Assembly (NCBI GenBank): GCA_965368975.1
Contig: CBDUPA010000011.1
Location: 160,001-224,000 of the forward strand
From: an uncultured bacterium
Lineage (GTDB): Bacteria > Acidobacteriota > Thermoanaerobaculia > Multivoradales > JAHZIX01
Direction of reading: 5' to 3'
Length of the DNA: 64,000 bases
Of the stretch, positions 42,527 through 49,391 are shown piece by piece; the stretch's first letter is position 1; the number at the start of each line of letters is the position of its first letter. Below the pieces are notes generated by a model. It was not told the origin of the DNA and searched no databases. It saw only the letters and a list, made by a program, of their open reading frames with translations. The position numbers and the translations under genes were made by a program.

Positions 42527-45505
42527 TCACCGCCAGTCCCCATAAACCTGAAAGGCAGCCCAAGCAAACGGCGTCCGCGACGCTTCCCCAGCGTCGCCAC
42601 GCAGCAACTCGATCTGTGCCTGACGCAGAGCCTCGGCCTTGGGCAGCCCTGCGTCCAGGTGCTGGTAGAAGCGCCGCATCAGTTCTGCCGTCGAGTCGTC
42701 CTGCACGTTCCACAGGGATGCAACGACCGAGCGCGCGCCGGCGATGTGGAAGGCTCGTGTGAGCCCCATCATGCCTTCGCCGCTCAGCTCCTTGCCGAGG
42801 GCAGACTTACAGGACGACAGCACCACTAACTCGGTGCTCTTGAGCTGGATGCCCTCGAGGATTTCCCATACCTCCAGCAGGCCGTTCTCCTGCCCATCCT
42901 CTAACTGCTCCGGAATGCTCAGTGCCAGGGCAGAGTGCAGGGGCATGCGGGAATCGACGATGGCGTGCGTGGCGAAGTGGAGATAGCGTGCCTGTGTCGT
43001 CAGTTTGGCTTGCTCCTCGGTCGCTGCTGCACCGAGGTAGGCACGCGAGCGGCTGCCGAAGAGGCGGGAGATGCCTTCCACTTCCAGCTCACTGTAGGGC
43101 AACAGCTGCAGCGCGAAGCTGCGCTCGACCACGGAGCGCAGCTGAGGGTTGCGGAGGCTGTTGCTGTCGGTATCCATGAGCCGTTGTGGATACTCAGGAC
43201 CACCGAAAGCGGCCAGCATGACGGGAGTCGCTGTTGGACGATGGCGGTTCTTCAGCTGCGCGTAGGCGGAGGCGGACGGGGCGATGTGGAGCTGCTTGTC
43301 TTGGATCAGGAAGTGATCTTCCGAGGACTGCAGAGCTGACCAGGGGAGCTCGTGCAGCTGACCGTCGGGCACGATCAGGATGCGCCGCGCGGTATCGATA
43401 CGTGGCTGCAGTGGCCCGAGCAGGGCTTGATAGAGACGCAAAGCTTCCGGGCCCAGATTGCGCAGGGCCTGCTGCTGTCGTGGCATGCTTGTGCGGGCCT
43501 CGGAAATCTGCTTGTGGAAGGCGTCGACTCGATCTTCTATCTCCTCGGAACCTATCTCGAGGGTGTGGACGTCGAGACCTTCGTCTCGGCTGACGGAGAA
43601 GACGAGGGTTTTGTGCGTCAGCGTGCTGAAGGAGATCAGCAGAGTGCCTGGGTCCAGAGAGTGGCGCACCGCGGTCAGGTCGAGCACGGGAGCCTGAGTA
43701 TCCAGGATGGTCTGCTGCCGGTGTTCTCGAACCCGCCGCTGAAAGCTCTCGTACTCGAGCAGGGCGTCGACCGTCTCGTCTTCGTAGTGTGCGATGGCGT
43801 CCGTGTCGTTGCGCCGCTTGGCGTCCAGCAGGTCGTACTGGATCCGGTCGCGGTACTGCTGTAGCTCTTCCTTGCGTGCGTGTAGCGCGGGTGGCAGCCT
43901 GTCGCCGGAGACGGCTGCATGCTCGGCGACAATGGCCCGGAAGCTCTGTGCGAGCGAACGTTCGAGCGTCAGGAAAGCGCTCTCCTGCGCACCGAGTTCG
44001 AGCTGTGTCTCCAAGATGTGGTGGTAGACACTGTGGAACTCGGAGCGGAAGCCAGCCTGGATCTGGCGAGAGCCCCCCAGTTCGGCGGTCTGGATCTCCA
44101 GCATGTCCGCGGCTTCCTGCAGCCATTGCAGGCTGACTAGGGGCCGGCCGGCTTTGGCTTCCAACAGACCGCGTTCGGAGAGACCTTCGATCAACCAGAA
44201 GCTCGTGCGCCTGTCGCGGCGATAGTGGGCGAGTGCCTGATCCGAAGCTTGGCGGGCTGCCTCGAAGTTTCCAAGGTCCGCCTGCACGCGGGCAATGGCC
44301 CCTTGGGTGTACCCGATCCAGAAGTCGTCTGCATGCTCCCGCAGGACCTCCAGCGCCAAGCTGTACTCGGCGAGCGCGTCCCGCGGCTGCCCCTTCTGCT
44401 CGTAGTAGTTGCCGAGCAGGGCTCGGCTGTTGGCCGTCGCTCCGAGATCCCCGTCGACCCTGACCTGCTCCTCGCGCAGGCGCAGAGCTGCCTGTGCTTG
44501 CTGATGCCCCGTTTCGAAGTCGCCACTCTCTAGAGCCATCTTGCCGAGTCGTTCGTGCAAGGCTGCCAGTTGCGCCGTGCCCGCACGAGCCTGTTGATAG
44601 CTTTTCAGGGCTTGTTGAAAGTAGTCCGTTGCACTGTCGAAGTCACGCGCCCAATGTGCGTTTTTGCCGCGCTGAACCAGCGCGAAGGCACGATCCGGCA
44701 AGGGGGCCTGGTTGTCTTCGAAGATCTCGAGAGCACGTTCCAAGAGACGGTCCGCGGTCTCGTAGGCACGCTGCATGCGGTAGACGACACCCAGCTGAAT
44801 GTAGGAATGGGCCAGTGCTCTGCCGTCGCCCAGGCGTTGCTGAAGCTTGATTGCGGACTCCAGCAGTGCCCGCGCCTCCTCGAGTTCGGGCTTCTGACCG
44901 AGAATCAACCCAAGGCAGTTCAGCGTTTCCGCCTCCTCGAGGCCGCCGGCTGGTTGCAGCGTCCGCTGGGTGGCCAGTGCCCTGCGACACAGGAGTTCTC
45001 CTTCCTGCCACTTGCCGACCGCGAAGCGGACTGATCCCTGGCGGGCCCAGGCCTGGGCCAGCAGCCACGGATCGTCAGCGTCATTGAGGAGGCTCACCGC
45101 AGTGTCGTAGTGGTCAGCTGCGGGACCGAAGCGCCGGTTCTTCTGCTGAACTCGCCCGAGTGTGAGGTGGAGGAGGGCCCGGGTCTGGGGAGCACTGCTA
45201 TAGCGGAGAGCGGCCAACAGCGCCTGTTCTACCGCTGGATCCGCAGTGCCCGGAGGCAAGGTCTCGAGCTGCTCGGCATGCTGCCAGAGAGCTGCGGCGA
45301 TCCGCGAATCAAAACGGCTGTCCGGTTGGGAGGCTGCCGTAATGGAGCTGGTAGAAACATTTGGTATTGTGCATGCGTCAAATTGCCTGCTCGCCAAGCC
45401 AGAGGCCAGGAGCAGTGCTGTCGAAAGGAGGGTCCAAACCGTAAGGCGTCTGGCAATCTGAAAGGAGTTTGCAATGCGCAAGCGAAGTTCCCGTTCTAAG
45501 TCCAA
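42527..45505 (-). CDS. TPR-CHAT (caspase-like) protein 2 with N-terminal hydrophobic segment
   Basis: TPR array; IVPDGQLHELPW; HFATHA and VLSSC; SLWNV; WAAF; TTG start with GGAG 7 nt upstream. Confidence 0.92.
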   Translation of the reverse strand: MDLERELRLRIANSFQIARRLTVWTLLSTALLLASGLASRQFDACTIPNVSTSSITAASQPDSRFDSRIAAALWQHAEQLETLPPGTADPAVEQALLAALRYSSAPQTRALLHLTLGRVQQKNRRFGPAADHYDTAVSLLNDADDPWLLAQAWARQGSVRFAVGKWQEGELLCRRALATQRTLQPAGGLEEAETLNCLGLILGQKPELEEARALLESAIKLQQRLGDGRALAHSYIQLGVVYRMQRAYETADRLLERALEIFEDNQAPLPDRAFALVQRGKNAHWARDFDSATDYFQQALKSYQQARAGTAQLAALHERLGKMALESGDFETGHQQAQAALRLREEQVRVDGDLGATANSRALLGNYYEQKGQPRDALAEYSLALEVLREHADDFWIGYTQGAIARVQADLGNFEAARQASDQALAHYRRDRRTSFWLIEGLSERGLLEAKAGRPLVSLQWLQEAADMLEIQTAELGGSRQIQAGFRSEFHSVYHHILETQLELGAQESAFLTLERSLAQSFRAIVAEHAAVSGDRLPPALHARKEELQQYRDRIQYDLLDAKRRNDTDAIAHYEDETVDALLEYESFQRRVREHRQQTILDTQAPVLDLTAVRHSLDPGTLLISFSTLTHKTLVFSVSRDEGLDVHTLEIGSEEIEDRVDAFHKQISEARTSMPRQQQALRNLGPEALRLYQALLGPLQPRIDTARRILIVPDGQLHELPWSALQSSEDHFLIQDKQLHIAPSASAYAQLKNRHRPTATPVMLAAFGGPEYPQRLMDTDSNSLRNPQLRSVVERSFALQLLPYSELEVEGISRLFGSRSRAYLGAAATEEQAKLTTQARYLHFATHAIVDSRMPLHSALALSIPEQLEDGQENGLLEVWEILEGIQLKSTELVVLSSCKSALGKELSGEGMMGLTRAFHIAGARSVVASLWNVQDDSTAELMRRFYQHLDAGLPKAEALRQAQIELLRGDAGEASRTPFAWAAFQVYGDWR

Positions 45506-45650
45506 GTTACAACTCCATCGAGAATGGCTGACGCTTCTAGACGCTCAGCAGCTGACTGCGGCTACGGCTGCAGCTACGCAGGATCCGTCTTCCACGGCGA
45601 TCTTTTCCTGTCCGCAATGTGGGATGAATACATTTCCCATCGACGTCTAA
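45474..45650 (+). CDS. Precursor-like peptide P5: MRKRSSRSKSKLQLHREWLTLLDAQQLTAATAA|ATQDPSSTAIFSCPQCGMNTFPIDV (not in ORF track; leader/core junction inferred)
   Basis: Manual translation, 58 aa; AAAGGAG SD at 45461-45467; LQLHRE leader; SCPQC core. Confidence 0.82.
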   Translation: MRKRSSRSKSKLQLHREWLTLLDAQQLTAATAAATQDPSSTAIFSCPQCGMNTFPIDV

Positions 45651-45779
45651 TCGGTGCGTCGGCCGCTGGTTTTCGTGTTCGGGCCAGTGGCTGCCTTACA
45701 AGTAGACGCGCAATCTGGGGCAGGAAGTGTCAGACAAGGAGCACAAACATATGGATGCATGTATCCAAGAGGTGTCACA

Positions 45780-45944
45780 ATGCGAAGATTCACGAAGAAG
45801 CGCTATTCGATTCGACTGCACCGAGAGACCTTGGTGCGGCTCGAGGACGCTCACCTGAAGCAGGTTGCCGCGGCAAGTATCAAGGCATCGTGTCCGCTGA
45901 CCGACACGGGAGCCCCTGCGGTCAGCCCGGGGAGCTGCTGCTAG
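45780..45944 (+). CDS. Precursor-like peptide P6: MRRFTKKRYSIRLHRETLVRLEDAHLKQVAAA|SIKASCPLTDTGAPAVSPGSCC
   Basis: GAGGTG SD; likely start is internal to track ORF 45654..45944. Confidence 0.85.
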   Translation: MRRFTKKRYSIRLHRETLVRLEDAHLKQVAAASIKASCPLTDTGAPAVSPGSCC

Positions 45945-45948
45945 AAAC

Positions 45949-45972
45949 AAAAAAAGCGTCCTTGTGGACGCT
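45949..45972 (-). terminator. Rho-independent terminator for the kinase operon
   Basis: agcgtcc-ttgt-ggacgct hairpin preceded by A7 (U-tract on minus strand). Confidence 0.75.
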
Positions 45973-46106
45973 GGGGAGCAGAAGTACCTTGTTGTCCGAC
46001 CCTTCTGAGTCGCGGAGCACCACGTGAGTGGCGGCTCTGTACTTAGACGCGCAAGCAGCGCGGAAAAGTGTCAAACGCGGCGCAGAAATTTTTCGAGGTC
46101 GGCACT

Positions 46107-48743
46107 TTAGCGTTCCTGTTCCGGGCTCTGGGGCTCCAGCTTCTGTAAGCGCTGCCAGGCTCTTCGAGTCTTGGGAGCGTCGGGCCCCAGAGCCTGGAGC
46201 AGGCTTTCGTAGCCTTGTCGGAGCAACAGGGTCGCGGCTTCGGTGTCGCCCAGCGCCAGCAAACAAGCTCCCAGGACGCTATCGACTTCCGCCAATGACA
46301 CCTGAGGGTGTTTGTAGACCTCTTCCAGGGTCTGCCTGGCCAGCCGCGCTTGCTGTAGGGCCTCGTCCAATCTTCCTTGCGCGAGCAAGATTTCGGCATA
46401 GTTGCGCAGGAATGCGCCAAGGTTCGGTCTGCCGATTCTCTGTTGGGACCGCTGAATCCGCAGAGCCTCCTCGAGGTGAGCCTGCGCACCGGCCAGATCC
46501 TGTCTCAGGAAGAGGACGTAGCCCAAGTTGTTGTGTGCGGGGGCCAGTTTCCTATGGAGCGGTTGCTTCTCGTAGACCTTCTGTCGCAGTTCGAGGCTCC
46601 TTCGCAGTTCTTCCTCTGCCGCTGCCAGCCGTCCCTGGTATTGCAGGATCCGACCTAGATTGCTGTGCGTCGTGGCAAGCGCCGTCGGGGAAACCTGGAG
46701 GTCGATTCTCGTCTCGAGCGCTTTGCGGCCCAGGGCCTCGGCCTCCTCGAGCTGGCCGAGTTCGAGGAGCAAGGTAGAGAGGTTGTGCCGAACAGTCGCG
46801 ATGAACTCGGCATCCACGTCGGCTTCTGCGAGTCCGAATTCTAGGGCTTTGCGAAAATTGACTTCAGCCTTGCTCGGCGGCCCAATACGGCGGCGGATAC
46901 CGCCGAGGTGGTTGAAGGCTTCGGCGAACTGCGCGCGACTTCCGTGATGCTTCTCGAGCAGTTCGATGGCTTCGAGGATGTACGGTTCGCCGGCTTTGTG
47001 GTCACCGAAGTAACTCAGGTTGCCTCCCAGGTTGAGCAGCGTTTCGGCCAGCTGGTGCGGCTGGTCCAGCTGACGTCCCAGGTTGACGGCCTCGCGGTAG
47101 AGAGGCAGGACTTCTTCGGCGCCCCGGCCCAGGTCTTTGAGAAGTCTGCCAACTTCGTCGAGCAGGTGAACGCGGATCTCCGGGTCCTCGCCCAGCATTT
47201 CTGGGAGTTCGTCCAGGACCTGCTGGATCAGCTCACCGACGGTGAGTCCTGGGTCGCCGGTGTCCGGGCTGGCGCCTTCAAGGATCCGCGTGGTGATGTT
47301 CAGGGCGCCCCTGGCGACCCGCTGTTCCGTTTGCGCTTGCACGGCAGCCTTGCGGGCTCGCTGTCGCAAGACTTCCGCGTAGACGCTGAAGCTGGTGAGC
47401 AGGAAGATGAAGGTTGCCGCTGCGGCCACAGCCAGGGCGTTTCTGCGCACAAACTTCCAGGCTCTGTAGATGGGCGTGCTCTGGTGCGCCCTGACCGGCA
47501 GGCCTTGGAGGTAGTTCTGCACATCCTCGCTCAGCTGCTCGACGGAGGCGTAGCGCCGGACGGGCTTCTTCTCTAGCGCCATGAGCACGATGCTGTCGAG
47601 ATCGCCACTCAGCCGCCGCCGCAGGCTGGGGGCGTCGAGGTCACGGCTGGTGCTGACCGACGCGGGATCGAGATGCAGCACCGAGCCGTCCGCACGCTCG
47701 CGTGTCTCGTCACGATCGATCGCCTGGCTCGGAGGTTCCGGTTCCTCGTTGCACAGGCGCTCGAGCTTGGCGGGCAGAGACGTGGTGGGACGGTGTGGAC
47801 GGTGTCCGGAGAGCAGCTCGTAGAGCAAGACGCCAAGGGCGTAGACATCGCTCGCCGTGGTCACCGCCTCACCCCGCAGCTGTTCGGGACTGGCGTAGTC
47901 GAGGGTCAGGGGGGCGGGACCGCCGGTATGCAGAGCGGTCGGAGCCATGGTCCGGTCGGGTACGTCGCCGGCCAGCAACTTGGCGACCCCGAAGTCGAGG
48001 AGTTTCGGTTCGCCCTCGGCCGTGATCAGGATATTGCTCGGCTTGAGGTCGCGGTGCAGAACCAGGCTCTGGTGGAAAAAGTGAACGGCGGAGCAGATCT
48101 TGCGGAACAGGTGCAGCCGCTGCGTGATGCTCAGACGGTGGCGGTCGCAGTACTGGTCTATCGGTTCGCCCTCGATATGTTCCATGACCAGGTAGGGACG
48201 GCCGTCCTCGGTGCTGCCACCGTCGAGCAGGCGGGCGATGTTCGGGTGGTTGAGCTGGGCCAGGATCCGCCGCTCCTGCTGGAAACGCAGCACGGTCTGT
48301 TGGGCGCTGGCGCCGTGCAGGAGCTTCAGGGCTCCCTTCTGTATGAAATCCTCATGGATCCGCTCGGCGAGGTAGACCGTCCCCATTCCCCCGCGCCCCA
48401 ATTCGTGTAGGACGCGCCAGCCCGCGACTTGGGTTCCGGAGGCCAGTTCCGGCACCAGGGCGCCTCCCTCGAGGCTCACCTCCCCGCGAGGCGCGCCGGC
48501 GACCGCCGGCTGTTCCAAGAACTCGCCCATGTCACCGTGGGAAGCGACCAGCGACGAGACTTCACGGAACAGGTCTTCATCTTCGGCGCAGGCGCTGCGC
48601 AGCCAGCCGAGCCGTTGGTTGGTGTCGACATCGAGCGCTCGGTTGAGTAGGTCCTCAATGTGCAGCCAGCGTTCCGGCGTCATCGGGGTCGAACCGGTTC
48701 CAGCGTCTGGTGTGGGAGCTGGATTGTCGCATTCCGGGGGCAT
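46107..48743 (-). CDS. Membrane Ser/Thr protein kinase with C-terminal TPR domain
   Basis: GRGGMGTVY, HRDLKPSN, DFG, YASPEQ, one TM, TPRs. Confidence 0.95.
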   Translation of the reverse strand: MPPECDNPAPTPDAGTGSTPMTPERWLHIEDLLNRALDVDTNQRLGWLRSACAEDEDLFREVSSLVASHGDMGEFLEQPAVAGAPRGEVSLEGGALVPELASGTQVAGWRVLHELGRGGMGTVYLAERIHEDFIQKGALKLLHGASAQQTVLRFQQERRILAQLNHPNIARLLDGGSTEDGRPYLVMEHIEGEPIDQYCDRHRLSITQRLHLFRKICSAVHFFHQSLVLHRDLKPSNILITAEGEPKLLDFGVAKLLAGDVPDRTMAPTALHTGGPAPLTLDYASPEQLRGEAVTTASDVYALGVLLYELLSGHRPHRPTTSLPAKLERLCNEEPEPPSQAIDRDETRERADGSVLHLDPASVSTSRDLDAPSLRRRLSGDLDSIVLMALEKKPVRRYASVEQLSEDVQNYLQGLPVRAHQSTPIYRAWKFVRRNALAVAAAATFIFLLTSFSVYAEVLRQRARKAAVQAQTEQRVARGALNITTRILEGASPDTGDPGLTVGELIQQVLDELPEMLGEDPEIRVHLLDEVGRLLKDLGRGAEEVLPLYREAVNLGRQLDQPHQLAETLLNLGGNLSYFGDHKAGEPYILEAIELLEKHHGSRAQFAEAFNHLGGIRRRIGPPSKAEVNFRKALEFGLAEADVDAEFIATVRHNLSTLLLELGQLEEAEALGRKALETRIDLQVSPTALATTHSNLGRILQYQGRLAAAEEELRRSLELRQKVYEKQPLHRKLAPAHNNLGYVLFLRQDLAGAQAHLEEALRIQRSQQRIGRPNLGAFLRNYAEILLAQGRLDEALQQARLARQTLEEVYKHPQVSLAEVDSVLGACLLALGDTEAATLLLRQGYESLLQALGPDAPKTRRAWQRLQKLEPQSPEQER

Positions 48744-48755
48744 CGCGGAGCCTCC

Positions 48756-49388
48756 TCAGGACGGCTGCAGCGCACGGTGCAGCCAGCTCTTGGCTGCCCG
48801 CCACTTGTAGCGGACGGTCGAGGTGGAGATATTCAGTACGGTAGCGATCTCGTCATGGGTGAGGCCGGCGAAAAAACGCATCTCGACGATTCGACTGCCT
48901 TCGGGGTTGAAGCGTGCTAGGTCTTCGAGCGCGACGTCGAGGCGCAGTAGCTCGTGGTCGCTCATCTCGGCTTGCAGCAAGACGCCATCGTCAGCCAAGG
49001 CGTCCAGCGAAATCGGCACGTTGTCACCGCCGCGCTTGACGGCGGTGCGCCGGCGTGCGTGGTCGACCAGGATGCGCCGCATCTGCCGTGCCGCAAAGCC
49101 GAAGAATTGGGCACGGTCATGCCACTGTACGCGGCGCCGGTTCATCAGGTCGAGGAAGAGCTCGTTGACCACCGCAGTCGGTTGCAGGGTATGGCTCTGG
49201 TTCTCGCGCACGAAGTACCCACGCGCGATCCGCTGCAGCTGGTCGTAAACCAGTGGCGTCAACCGCTCCAGGGCGTCGGGTTTGCCGTCGCTCCAGGCGT
49301 GTAGCAGGACGGTGATGTCCCCGCGTGGCGAACTGCCGGTTCTTTCCGGTGTGGCGTCGCGGGATGGAGCTGGGGTGTCGTCGTCCAT
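48756..49388 (-). CDS. ECF sigma factor, TIGR02999/ECF43-like (kinase-associated)
   Basis: ITVLLHAW, LVYDQL, HTLQPTAVVNE, MRRILVDHAR, VEMRFFAGLT. Confidence 0.92.
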   Translation of the reverse strand: MDDDTPAPSRDATPERTGSSPRGDITVLLHAWSDGKPDALERLTPLVYDQLQRIARGYFVRENQSHTLQPTAVVNELFLDLMNRRRVQWHDRAQFFGFAARQMRRILVDHARRRTAVKRGGDNVPISLDALADDGVLLQAEMSDHELLRLDVALEDLARFNPEGSRIVEMRFFAGLTHDEIATVLNISTSTVRYKWRAAKSWLHRALQPS

Positions 49389-49391
49389 AGG

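Noticed and set aside
45361-45377. Sigma54-like TTGGTAT-N4-CATGC upstream of P5
   Set aside because: GG-N10-GC spacing is right, but it lies in CHAT2 coding sequence and no equivalent was found upstream of P1 or P3.
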